This document shows positions 21,154 to 31,486 of a stretch of 64,000 nucleotides of DNA, in pieces. Position numbers and translations under genes: made by a program. Where the stretch lies: positions 186,001 through 250,000 of the forward strand of contig OW569370.1 in assembly GCA_937625935.1 (NCBI GenBank), given 5' to 3'. How positions within the stretch are numbered: the stretch's first letter is position 1; every line of letters starts with the position of its first letter. This DNA comes from Tetramitus jugosus (taxonomy: Eukaryota; Protista; Heterolobosea). The notes under the pieces were generated by a model. The model was not told the DNA's origin and did not search any database. It saw nothing but the letters and a program-made list of their open reading frames with translations.

Positions 21154-22551
21154 ATGAAGCACAACACCAGAGCTAGATATTGTATTAAATACAGAAGAAT
21201 TCATTCCAATGAGTATCACAAGAGAAGGAATCAAGAGTGGCAGGCACTGATGCAAAATCAAGAGTTCAATACTAAGAGGACGGAACTACTTGAGTATAGC
21301 TCTCATGTAGCATTGCTGAGAATCGACAGCTCTCATAGGAAGCCAAGCATGATCAACAGTTCAGAACACCTCTACTGGCAACAAACACTCAAGAATCTCA
21401 AAGAGAGACCACCTCACATGTCTACAAAGAACATTGACCTTGAATCTCCATCTCCATACTCTCTTTCCATTGATAACTACACGAACAAAAGAGAGGAAAA
21501 GCTACAAGGTAATAGTGGCGATCGTATGATTGAAATGATGCTCCTGACGCAACCCTCTTCTGACAATGAATTCATTCAAGATACAAAATCAAGGCGTTTA
21601 GTAACCAAGGAAACAAAAAGAGAGCTCGAAACGAAAGTTATTGGCCAGGAATCAGAGGTAAAACAACCATGTCGTTCTCTGGAGGAGATATCTGAATTGA
21701 AGATGGCAATTGATCCCATCTTGATCTCAGATGACCACGAGATACACTCAGATGGTGGAGATAGTGCTCGAGGCACAATGACCGAATCGATTCAACATTG
21801 GGAAAATGAAGCTGTATCATTGGAAGCTGATGAAGACAGTGAATGGAGTGCAGAGAACACTGGATATCGTTCTCCCATCGTCTCTTTGTCTACAGTGAAG
21901 GAGAGGATGAATGGCTCGACTAGAGATAAAATACTAAGCACTCGAACTTTTGTACAGTTCAGAGAGAAACAGAAAAGTAGTAGTTTTTTGAGGAGAGGTT
22001 CGAGTGGCGTTCCCTCATTCCTAGTGTACCAAGATCAAGTGGACACCCAAACACCAACGAAGAAAGAAAATCGCGTAAACAAAGGGAGTATCGGGTTGTT
22101 CAGAGAGGAGAAAGAGAATCTCGTTCCACATTCTGTTCGGTTCAATACAACAGTGAACTACATTGGAGAAGAGTTGGGATTTGAGGCCACGGGCACAAGA
22201 TCACCTAACTATCTCTCTTTGAGCCAACAAGGGCCTCACAGATCTCCATTGAGAGACATCACATACCCTCTATTGACCCAAGAAAACTTGGCGATTCACA
22301 ATGAACAGCAAGAACGAAAGGACGCCAAGGGAGGAAAGGAAAGACATTCCAAGAAAAGAAAATCTCTTGACCTGCACGAAGTGGCAGGCAACTCAAGAAA
22401 CAAGAAACCCTCCCGCGCCAAAAGGAAACAGCAGAAGACTCCCAAAAAGCGAAAGCGAGCTAGTTTTAATTACAAAAGACTTCAGTCTGAAGAGGACGAT
22501 GAATCAGATGAGGACTATGTTCCTTCGTCCAATTCGTCAGATTCGTCGTAG
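21154..22551 (+). CDS. Hypothetical, largely disordered nuclear protein with KEN and D-box-like motifs
   Basis: 465-aa ORF; KEN x2, RSPLRDIT, many S/T-P sites, basic NLS-like cluster, acidic tail. Confidence 0.65.
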   Translation: MKHNTRARYCIKYRRIHSNEYHKRRNQEWQALMQNQEFNTKRTELLEYSSHVALLRIDSSHRKPSMINSSEHLYWQQTLKNLKERPPHMSTKNIDLESPSPYSLSIDNYTNKREEKLQGNSGDRMIEMMLLTQPSSDNEFIQDTKSRRLVTKETKRELETKVIGQESEVKQPCRSLEEISELKMAIDPILISDDHEIHSDGGDSARGTMTESIQHWENEAVSLEADEDSEWSAENTGYRSPIVSLSTVKERMNGSTRDKILSTRTFVQFREKQKSSSFLRRGSSGVPSFLVYQDQVDTQTPTKKENRVNKGSIGLFREEKENLVPHSVRFNTTVNYIGEELGFEATGTRSPNYLSLSQQGPHRSPLRDITYPLLTQENLAIHNEQQERKDAKGGKERHSKKRKSLDLHEVAGNSRNKKPSRAKRKQQKTPKKRKRASFNYKRLQSEEDDESDEDYVPSSNSSDSS

Positions 22552-22664
22552 AAAGTGTTTCGGCTGTCCACCCTTTTTTGACCTGACTGTTGTGGAAACG
22601 GGAATTCAAGGGACAGGCGGACACCGCGCGGTTCCTACCATCGTGAAAAAAACAGATTGAAAGA

Positions 22665-23678
22665 ATGACTAATACCATCAAGTACGTTCTATTGGCAGTG
22701 ATTATCCAGGCTTTGGTGTCTATTGTTCTGACACTGCAAGTTGGTGACCGAGTGTGTCTCAAGTCTGGAGTGTCATTAAAGGCCGGTGCTTTGAGCACTG
22801 GGGCTGAAAGCGGTGTTGTTGTTGCCGTCAAAAGAAATCCATCAGGTTCCACCTGGGTCAAGATGAATCTCGATGCCAACGTTAGACCTGATTTGTTGCA
22901 AAAGATTGCAGTTGTTAGGTCTGGAGAAGATGGTATTTTGTTGGCCGATGGAGCACAAGAAGCCTATGGGGTAATAAGAAAGAAGATTGAGAATGATCAC
23001 ACCGGCATCTGGGCCAGTTTGAACAGTGGTCTCATTTATGACTGTAGCCTGACAGTTGGCAACAGTTCAAAGAATTGGCCAGTTCCATACATTCACCAAG
23101 TATTCGACACACCAAACAGTTTCTGTGGTCAATGGGCCTGTGGACCTACCAGCAGCGTGATGAGTGTTGCTTACTATCAAAAGATTGCACCACATCCAAT
23201 TACCGTATCAATCCCTACTGCTCACACTTCACTGTACGGGTGGTACGTTGCCGAGCTCTACAAGAGCAACATTACCCATTCTGCGTTTGATAGAATGCAA
23301 ACTGATGCTTGTTCAAAGCCTGCTCACGGAGCGTATGGTACATGCACTGAAGGTGGAGGTGCCTGGGCATGGAGGATTCAAGACTATGTCAAGAGAAACG
23401 GTTTGCAAAACAAGTTTTATGATACAGCAACTTTCAACATTATCAAGACTGCTATCGACAATCATAGATTGGTTGTGTTGTCCACCAAGCTCACTAGTGC
23501 AGGTCATTTGGTACTTGTTCGTGGCTATGACACAAGCAATGGCAAGATGGACTTGTTCGTGAATGATCCATGGGGAGACAAGACGAAGCCAGAATACGGA
23601 AAGCACAAGAATGGAGAAAATGTTCGATACAGCTGGACGGTCGCCGCTGCCAAATGGATGGTCGAAGTTTGGAACTAG
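22665..23678 (+). CDS. Secreted peptidase C39-like (papain-fold) protein with putative SH3b-like N-terminal modules
   Basis: Signal peptide YVLLAVIIQALVSIVLT; VPYIHQ, ACGPTS (Cys), GHLVLVRGY (His), VNDPWG (Asp). Confidence 0.8.
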   Translation: MTNTIKYVLLAVIIQALVSIVLTLQVGDRVCLKSGVSLKAGALSTGAESGVVVAVKRNPSGSTWVKMNLDANVRPDLLQKIAVVRSGEDGILLADGAQEAYGVIRKKIENDHTGIWASLNSGLIYDCSLTVGNSSKNWPVPYIHQVFDTPNSFCGQWACGPTSSVMSVAYYQKIAPHPITVSIPTAHTSLYGWYVAELYKSNITHSAFDRMQTDACSKPAHGAYGTCTEGGGAWAWRIQDYVKRNGLQNKFYDTATFNIIKTAIDNHRLVVLSTKLTSAGHLVLVRGYDTSNGKMDLFVNDPWGDKTKPEYGKHKNGENVRYSWTVAAAKWMVEVWN

Positions 23679-23947
23679 TTACCCAAACGTCTGCCCTTGT
23701 TCGACAGCTTATGACGGTCTAACTTGGTACTTTCCTTTCTTTTACATAAAGAACATCTGCATGCACCAATCGCAGTGAAAACTTCACTTGTTCTTGAATT
23801 TTTAGTTTCCTTTGGTATTAGCTTGTCTTACGGCAATGTCCGATAGAGAGATCCCATTAAAGTATAAATGTTGAGCTTTCGCATGCGACTACTTCCCGAA
23901 TAATTTTCACTCACCCACTGCGCACCAAAAAACAATGACTTAAAAAA

Positions 23948-26900
23948 ATGAATGAAACCGAACTAGCACCAACTCTGACAATAGTACTAGCCACAGAGAA
24001 TGAACTACCTCGGGAAGAAGAAGAAGAAGTAGATGTCAAACAACTTCAGACATCACTCAACAAGGACAATAACTACCCTAGTTATCATTATCTATCGGTG
24101 GATACCGTGTGTCATCATTTCGAATCGCAACCAGCGACGGGACTCACCAGTGAACAAGCTCGGGAGAGATTGACAAAATATGGTGGAAACAAGTTACATG
24201 GCAAAAAGCATTTTCTTCCATTTTGGTTCCGGTTGCTTATGAGTCACACGTTTACGGTGATTAATTTGATATTGGTGGTGGCTGCAGTGTTGGCAGGTGT
24301 GGTGAAAGAATGGGTCGATTTTGGAGTCATTCTGTTTGTTGTTGTAACGAATATTATTATTGGATTTTTGCAAGAGTATCGTTCGGAGAAGACAATGAAG
24401 CAGTTGCAGAAGATGACCACGTTTACTTCAAAAGTGTTGAGAGATGGTCAAGTGCAGCATATTCCTTCAAGTGAGATTGTACCTGGAGATATTGTCATGA
24501 TCAAGGAAGGAGATTCGATACCGGCTGATCTTCGTATTGTTGAATCGAGTGATTTGGAGTGTAATGAGGCATTGTTGACTGGTGAGAGCGTGCCTGTTGC
24601 AAAGAATGAGGCTGTGATGGAGTCAATGGTTAGAGAATCGATCAATCCAGTAGATGCAGCTTCTTCCAGTAGTTTCTCAAAGCAGAAGGAGATTGTTTCA
24701 TTACCTCGGGGATAGAGTCAATTGTGCGTTTATGAGTACTGTTGTGACAAAGGGTAAGGGTACGGGTATTGTGACAGCAACTGGAATGAAAACAGAGATT
24801 GGTAAAATTGCAAGCTCCATTGGCAATAGCAAACAGAAGAGCACACCATTGCAGAAGAGAATGACCAGAATGTCGCTTGTTCTTGTTGTTGTAGCAGTTA
24901 TTGCGATTGGTATTGTCCTGATTTGTACCTGGAGATATGAAGGAAAGAAGAAGGTGTTTCCTGACGCTTTGATTATTGGTATCAGTATTGCAGTGGCTGT
25001 CATTCCAGAGTGTATGGCTGCTGTTGTGACGTTAACGATGACTGTTGGAATGAGAAGAATGGCACAAGAGAATGTGATTGTTAGAAAGTTAGCCGCTTTG
25101 GAGAATCTGGGGCATGTGAATGATATTTGCACTGACAAAACAGGAACTCTCACTGAAGGTAAAATGGTTGTCACAAACGTGTGGACCCATGGCAAAGACT
25201 ATAATGTCACATCTGTGCCATCAAATCCAACAGAAGGTTCGTTGGTCGAGTCGGGAGTTGAAGTACAGGAGTTGAACGATTGTCTGACAAAGTTGGTCAC
25301 CGCATCTGCTTTGTGTAACACATCCAGCCTTGTGCAAAAATTCTCATCGGGAGATGAAAATGAGACAGCTATTGATATCAAGGACGAGGAAAACAATGAG
25401 AACACAGAATTAAAGGATGCCGTATGGATCTCAACTGGAGACCCAACCGAGATTGCATTAAACGCATTCTCTCAAAAGATGAAGTTAAAGAAGGAGGATC
25501 TGGAAATCCAACAATATGTCAAGTCGTGTGACTTTCCATTTGATTCAACAGTGAAGAGAATGACTGTTATTTATGAAGAGAGAAAAGAGAGGCATTCATC
25601 TAGATTCATTGCACTTACAAAAGGCGCACCTGAACGTATAATTGACTTGTGTAATCGAATAGTGACCACTGAGGGAGAGTTAGCCATGAGAGATTTCCAT
25701 CGATACCAAATCCAAAAGCAGAATGAAGAGATGGCACAAGGAGGACTTCGTGTTATTTCAATCGCATACAAGTACATAGATTTAATGATTGAAACTGTAT
25801 CAAGAGAATCTGTGGAGTCGCAATTGACGTTTGTAGGTGTAATTGGTATTCAAGATCCACCGAGAGAAGAAGTTCCCAATGCAATTAAAACATGCAATGA
25901 AGCCGGAATAGTTGTTCACATGGTAACTGGTGATCATCCAGCAACCGCGAGATCAATTGCTCAACAAGTAGGTATTATTACAGAGGCAAATGCAAACAAG
26001 CCTGGTGTTGTTATGGAGGCGAGTCATTTTGATAATTTGTCAGAAGATGAATTGAAGGTTATGGAGCAGCTGCCACTTGTTATTGCTAGATGTAGTCCAC
26101 AGAGTAAGGTCAAGATGATTAAAGCATTGCACGATAGAAAGAGATTGGTTGCCATGACCGGTGATGGCGTGAATGATGCACCTGCTATCAGTGATGCAGA
26201 TATCGGTATTGCAATGGGAAAGGCTGGATCTGATGTGACGAAGGAAGCCAGTGATATTATTTTGACAGATGATAATTTTGCATCCATTGTCAGTGCTGTT
26301 CGTCAGGGAAGAAGAATGTCCAACAATATTCGAAAATTTGTGATCCACTTGTTGTCAGCAATCGTTGCTTTGTTGCTTTCTCTATTGATTCCAGTTGTAT
26401 CTCGATATCCTATCCCAATGAATGCCACCCATATTCTCTGGGTGAACTTGGTCACTACCGCACCCATTGCTATTGGTCTTGGTGTTGAACGACCTGCAAA
26501 AGACATTATGAGCAAAGATAAGTACAAGATTGGAGAATCAATATTCGATTGGGAGACACTCGGAGACATTATGTTCTATGGTGCTCTGAATGCACTAGTT
26601 ATTTTACTCAATTACTTCTGCATGACCAAACTGTGGTTGAACAGAAGTATCATGTCTGCTCGATCGGTATCATTTACTACTATGGTGGTTGTTCTTCTAT
26701 TCCGTGGTTACACCTGTCGAAGCAGGAGGAAGCCACTCTATGCTGATCAGGTGTTGAAGAGTTACTGGTTGCATGGTTCAGTTGTGCTTGGAATACTGTT
26801 GCAGGTTTGTGTTGTGTATATCCCAGGTTTGAACACAAAGGTCTTCCATCATAATCCACTCAAAGGAGATGAATGGGCTTTCGTTCCTGTTGCTCTCATT

Positions 26901-26996
26901 GTATTCATGGTTGGCGCTGAACTTTACAAACTAGCCAAGAACCTCACCGCTCTATCGATTGGAGGAATTGTGAAGTTGTTCAAACGATCACGATAA
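23948..26996 (+). CDS. P-type ATPase, P2D/ENA-like Na+(K+) pump; frameshifted at about 24704-24707
   Basis: Two overlapping ORFs: GLT..A..RL, IPADLR and LTGES in the first; LGDR, IPE, DICTDKTGTLT, TGDPTEIAL, FPFDSTVKRM, LPLVIARCSP and TGDGVND in the second. Confidence 0.88.
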
Positions 26997-27018
26997 AATT
27001 CAATAGTTGTACACGGAT

Positions 27019-27981
27019 TTACTTTGATCTGTTTAGATATCCCAAAACAAAGAAAAGGAACATGTTGGCAACCATCTTGCCTGTTCTATATCCTTCCTCC
27101 TGTGGATTGTACTCGCTCAAATCAAACAATTGTACCTTGCTATTCTGACCTGCCAAATAACAAATGTCGAGCGCATCTTGTGCGCTGAGCCCCAAGGGAG
27201 ATGGACAGCTGACACCAGGAACGAAATCCATGGACAACGAGTCCAAATCGAAGCTCACAAATATATGATCACATGTCTCACTGAGACGATTCAACAAATT
27301 GTTGAATTCCTCCTTGACAACATTGTAACCAGTTCCCTTGAGCTTTGACAACCAGAATATTTGTCCGCCATGTGTCTCCTTGACAAAATTGGCATGAGTG
27401 AGAGAGCATTGAGATCCTTGAGCTGCAAACTCAACAAAATGCTTACCACTAAAGCCCTCTTGCTCCAACAACAGTCTGAATGGAGAGCCAGAGTGCTCCA
27501 AGCCATTCTTTTGCTCTCTCACATCCAAATGAGCATCAATATTGATTACGGCGACGCGAGATTGATCCTTTACAATGTGACTCGTCAACAGACCCATCGC
27601 ATTACTAAACGATTGATCGTTGCCTCCGCCAATCACAAACGGAACCGGATGCGAAACGTGATTAATCACTTTCTGGACAGTGGTTCGAAGCGCATCGTGT
27701 GCATCCTCAAAACTGGCTTCCATTGAGCAAACATTGCCCAAATCCACAATTTTCAACACAGATGCATCTGCATTGTCAAACTCTGGATTCACTAGCGTAC
27801 CAATTCGTTTCAAATGTGTTTCACGCACGTTGTCTGGTCCGAAGCGGGCTCCTATTCTTCCGCCATTTCTCCGAACACCCTCATCATGTGGAAAACCAAG
27901 GATTACAATGTCAGTGTCTTGTGGTAGCTCATCAGAGGATGATAATCGAAGTATGTTTTCACCAATTCTTGGATCACTCAT
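27019..27981 (-). CDS. hutG: Formimidoylglutamase (arginase/ureohydrolase family)
   Basis: GFPHDEGVRRNGGRIGARFGP, GGGND, NIDAHLDVR, HSGSPFR, FDLDS, PGVSCP, SEYNP. Confidence 0.85.
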   Translation of the reverse strand: MSDPRIGENILRLSSSDELPQDTDIVILGFPHDEGVRRNGGRIGARFGPDNVRETHLKRIGTLVNPEFDNADASVLKIVDLGNVCSMEASFEDAHDALRTTVQKVINHVSHPVPFVIGGGNDQSFSNAMGLLTSHIVKDQSRVAVINIDAHLDVREQKNGLEHSGSPFRLLLEQEGFSGKHFVEFAAQGSQCSLTHANFVKETHGGQIFWLSKLKGTGYNVVKEEFNNLLNRLSETCDHIFVSFDLDSLSMDFVPGVSCPSPLGLSAQDALDICYLAGQNSKVQLFDLSEYNPQEEGYRTGKMVANMFLFFVLGYLNRSK

Positions 27982-28205
27982 ATTTGGTTCTTTTGTTTTT
28001 GTTTTTGTTGTCGCGATTTTGTTTTTTCTGTGATCAGATTTTTCAGGTTTTATTTAGCCCATTCATCGATGAAGGTTCAATCTCCAAGAATGAACTGGGT
28101 GAGCAGAACTGAACAGTTCAATGCTGGACAGGCAACAGGAAACAGCCTGATTGAAAGGTTTCATTCTTCGAGCGATGATTGGAGCACAACAAGCAACAAA
28201 AAAGA

Positions 28206-28871
28206 ATGAATCAATCAACAACGATAGACACGAAAGCAACAACGAACCCCAACAAGAATAAGAGTACCAACAAGAAAAAGAAGGAAAAGAAGACGATTCA
28301 ATGGGGTTCCTTAACAAGCTCCACCACGACAAGCAATGCACAACAGAGTAAAGCATCGAATGCGGATCCTATCGTATCTTATGCTTCTCTCGTGGGTGGT
28401 GGGAATCCAACCGCAGCATCATCCTCCAAGTCTCCTCCACTCAAAACTGCATCGAACAAGAAGAAACCAGCAGTGAACAAGGAAGCGAGTCACAACAAGA
28501 TAGCGAACAGCAATAATGTATTGAATCGAGGAACAGAAAGGAAGGAACAGGTAAAACAAGTGCCTTCAAGCTCTAAAAGCAACAAATCTCTTGTCGTGCA
28601 TTGTAAACGTGGTGAATATGATGTGTATATAGGCAGGAGAAATCCTTCAATCCCTGAGAACAAGACAATGAACTTCAAGTGGGGCAATCCGTTCAAGATT
28701 GGGCCGGATGGCAACAGAGAAGACGTTATTCGAAAATACGACCAATGGATTGAATCGAGGCCTGATTTGATGGAGTTAGCACGAGTTGAGCTCAAGGGCA
28801 AAGTCTTAGCTTGTTGGTGCTCTCCAGAGGCCTGCCACGGGGATGTCCTAGCTCGAATTGCAAACAGCTAA
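28206..28871 (+). CDS. DUF4326-domain protein with basic low-complexity N-terminus
   Basis: VVHCKRGEYDVYIGR, KWGNPF, LKGKVLACWC-P--CHGDVL. Confidence 0.85.
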   Translation: MNQSTTIDTKATTNPNKNKSTNKKKKEKKTIQWGSLTSSTTTSNAQQSKASNADPIVSYASLVGGGNPTAASSSKSPPLKTASNKKKPAVNKEASHNKIANSNNVLNRGTERKEQVKQVPSSSKSNKSLVVHCKRGEYDVYIGRRNPSIPENKTMNFKWGNPFKIGPDGNREDVIRKYDQWIESRPDLMELARVELKGKVLACWCSPEACHGDVLARIANS

Positions 28872-28937
28872 GGAGGTCTTAGCGCCTCAGGGCTTGAAGT
28901 GCAATGAGTGCTAATAAATTTATTCAGAGTGTACATG

Positions 28938-30125
28938 TTACAGCAAATATTGATTTTCTTCGCTCTTTTGAATGTGTTGTGAATCATGATGATGATGCGA
29001 TGGAGGAGTAGTGTATCCAACATAAGCACCAATTTGTTTCCACTTCCTCCGAATATATACAACTGCCACAAGTACATCGATTATGATAATCACCAATGTG
29101 GGAAGAACAAAGAGAGGCACAACTATACCATACCGAGGCATGTAAGTGTACATGATATCTATACGTGAAGCGACCGATGATCCATCAGTATTTGGATTGG
29201 TCGCTGATATCAAGACAATATCTTTGAGATGGGTGGCACAACTGGACGATGAACCCAGTAAGCACCGATGCTTCACAGACGATTCATACATTGGATTGTT
29301 CAAGACAAACTTGGCCTCACACAAACTTACTCTATCATGATCCGATTTCGTGTACATGAACACGAAATAAACCTTGTGTTGTCTCTCTAATTCAATCACT
29401 CTGTCATTCGTGTTTGGTAGTGACTTACTCTTGAACACAATATCCAGTGACACCTCCTTCTCCAACACTGCGTCCTCTATGAGAGAAAAGTACTTGTTCT
29501 GAGCTGTTTTCTTCCATTGATTAAACTTTGAATCACTTACAATGACACCAAACTTGATGGGCGATGGAAATCGATCCTGAAACGACAAATGATACGTTAA
29601 ACGCACAAACGACTCTGGAATGATAATAAAATCCCAAAACTGATAATTTGCTCCTACTGTCAAGTCCTCACAATCTGCATTCACATGCACCACCTGTCTC
29701 AGTGTTTGATTCAGAACTGGAGCTTGTTTCAACGTGTCAATTTGCACCACAGGACCATTGATGCTTGCATCCACCTCCACTCGCAAATCGCTCTCTTCTA
29801 CATGACTCCCATCAGTTCCCACAGTAATTTGCTGCTGCTGTTGCGAAGAAAACACTGCACTCTTGTGCCAAAAACGAGAGTAACCGTACCATTGGAACAA
29901 TACTTGAACAGCAGATTGATTCCCAGGCAAGACATACAATTGCATGTGCTGTTGCATCGGTGTTCGTATGTTGCGCGATGAAAATGTGAATGAGAGACTC
30001 ATGAGGATGATCCAAATGACATGAACAAGGATGAGACTCCATGTGAGAACATCTCTGGAACAAGAAGAAGCTTTTGCTTGTTTTCGAGTGGTGTGATGGG
30101 ATTCTTTGGGTTTCGTCGTTGTCAT
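28938..30125 (-). CDS. Two-TM membrane protein with Cys-containing lumenal domain (weak resemblance to APD1-4-type domains)
   Basis: Hydrophobic segments near both termini (WSLILVHVIWIILMSL; IVVPLFVLPTLVIIIIDVLVAVVYI); the family resemblance is tentative. Confidence 0.6.
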   Translation of the reverse strand: MTTTKPKESHHTTRKQAKASSCSRDVLTWSLILVHVIWIILMSLSFTFSSRNIRTPMQQHMQLYVLPGNQSAVQVLFQWYGYSRFWHKSAVFSSQQQQQITVGTDGSHVEESDLRVEVDASINGPVVQIDTLKQAPVLNQTLRQVVHVNADCEDLTVGANYQFWDFIIIPESFVRLTYHLSFQDRFPSPIKFGVIVSDSKFNQWKKTAQNKYFSLIEDAVLEKEVSLDIVFKSKSLPNTNDRVIELERQHKVYFVFMYTKSDHDRVSLCEAKFVLNNPMYESSVKHRCLLGSSSSCATHLKDIVLISATNPNTDGSSVASRIDIMYTYMPRYGIVVPLFVLPTLVIIIIDVLVAVVYIRRKWKQIGAYVGYTTPPSHHHHDSQHIQKSEENQYLL

Positions 30126-30297
30126 ATCATAATATTATGCTTTTTGATGGTTTTGCAATTTGAAATTGCGAATTGTGTCAAATAGATGAATTGGAAGATG
30201 GTGCTCAGAATTCGAGGTGGTCGGTGTTATCAGGGAGAAAATTGCGAGATTTTCGTGGAGGAAAAAAGAAAAAAGCGGGTCATTTATTACGACTAGT

Positions 30298-31263
30298 TTA
30301 TTCCTGTAGAGTGTCACGCACAACACGTAAATGAGAAGTGTTGTTTAGCTCGATGACTTCTCTCTTGAGAATTTGCAATTGTCCTGATTCTAATGAGGCC
30401 TCTCTGTCCACGTACAGTCCAAATCGATGAACCGATGTGTTGTGCACCTGGAAAATACGCATGCTGGTCAATGGAACTTGCAAAAACTTGCAAGTCTGAG
30501 TACGGATACCACCACCATGACACGCCACAATAATGCCCTTTGGCTTTTCCGTGTTTTTCTCATGTTTAATGTAGTGCATGCACAGAGCTTCGACTCCTTC
30601 ATTGAATCGTTGTTGTAGCTCTGCATGTGACTCTGCATTTGGATTGTTCACTCCACCAATCTTCACATAGGGTGTATCCAAAGGCTCTGACCGAATATCC
30701 TTCCAATGTTTTCCCGCCAAATGATCACCAAAATTAATTTCGCGCAATCGCGGGTCCAACTGCATTTGAAAGTGTGAAGCTTCTTCTTGTTCTTCAGCAC
30801 ATTGTCCATCGCCACTATTCTTCTTGTTACTCGTCTTCTTATTGAGTGCCTCACAAATCACTTGTCCTGTTTTTGAAGCTCTCTTCAAATCACTTGAAAA
30901 AATGTGAGAATAGAATCGATCGACTGCACCATGATGAGAAATGTAATGATTGGAAATGGAGTGAGCCACGAGATGTGCTTGTTCAACACCCAATTCATTC
31001 AACTCAATGTCCAACTGTCCTTGTACTCTGCCTTCTGCATTATAATCGGTTTCTCCGTGTCTGACGAGCCAAATTTCAACTTTGACGACTTTTGGTTTTT
31101 TGGTGGGTTGAGAGAGTGGTAGTGTAGTTTCCTGTTGTGGTGGTAATTGTAGTGGTTGTTGTGTTTCTTCTTCTGCTTCTTCGACGAGGAGAGAGTTGAG
31201 TTGTTGAGTTGATTTGGACTCGTGCAATGATGGTTGATTGTTATTGTTGTTGTTGTTGGTCAT
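30298..31263 (-). CDS. Histidine phosphatase (phosphoglycerate mutase-like)
   Basis: LVRHGETDYN, SSDLKRA, LREINFG, VACHGG; ATG at 31263 follows an A/C-rich leader. Confidence 0.9.
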   Translation of the reverse strand: MTNNNNNNNQPSLHESKSTQQLNSLLVEEAEEETQQPLQLPPQQETTLPLSQPTKKPKVVKVEIWLVRHGETDYNAEGRVQGQLDIELNELGVEQAHLVAHSISNHYISHHGAVDRFYSHIFSSDLKRASKTGQVICEALNKKTSNKKNSGDGQCAEEQEEASHFQMQLDPRLREINFGDHLAGKHWKDIRSEPLDTPYVKIGGVNNPNAESHAELQQRFNEGVEALCMHYIKHEKNTEKPKGIIVACHGGGIRTQTCKFLQVPLTSMRIFQVHNTSVHRFGLYVDREASLESGQLQILKREVIELNNTSHLRVVRDTLQE

Positions 31264-31486
31264 TATGGTGATAGTTGTTTGTTTGTTTTTGTTTTTGTTT
31301 ATGTTGTTTGAATACCAGTGATTTTTGTTCTTTGTTCTGGTATTTTTCTTCGTCGGGGAATGAGCAAAGTTCTCCGCCGATTGTTCATCATTCCCGAGAT
31401 TGAGTTTTCCGACGCAACACAAAAACTATTAGGCTCCAAAGTAGATCAGAGAAGAAAAAACAACAACACAGTTAATCAACTATAAC

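Noticed and set aside
24629-24659. 31-nt GT-AG intron that would fix the ATPase frame
   Set aside because: Much shorter than the other introns, donor lacks GTnnGT, and sequence is not T-rich.
22665-28871. Bacterial contamination or an integrated element explaining the bacterial-type genes
   Set aside because: Genes are interspersed with intron-bearing eukaryotic genes, show no operon structure, integrase or terminal repeats, and have similar composition.
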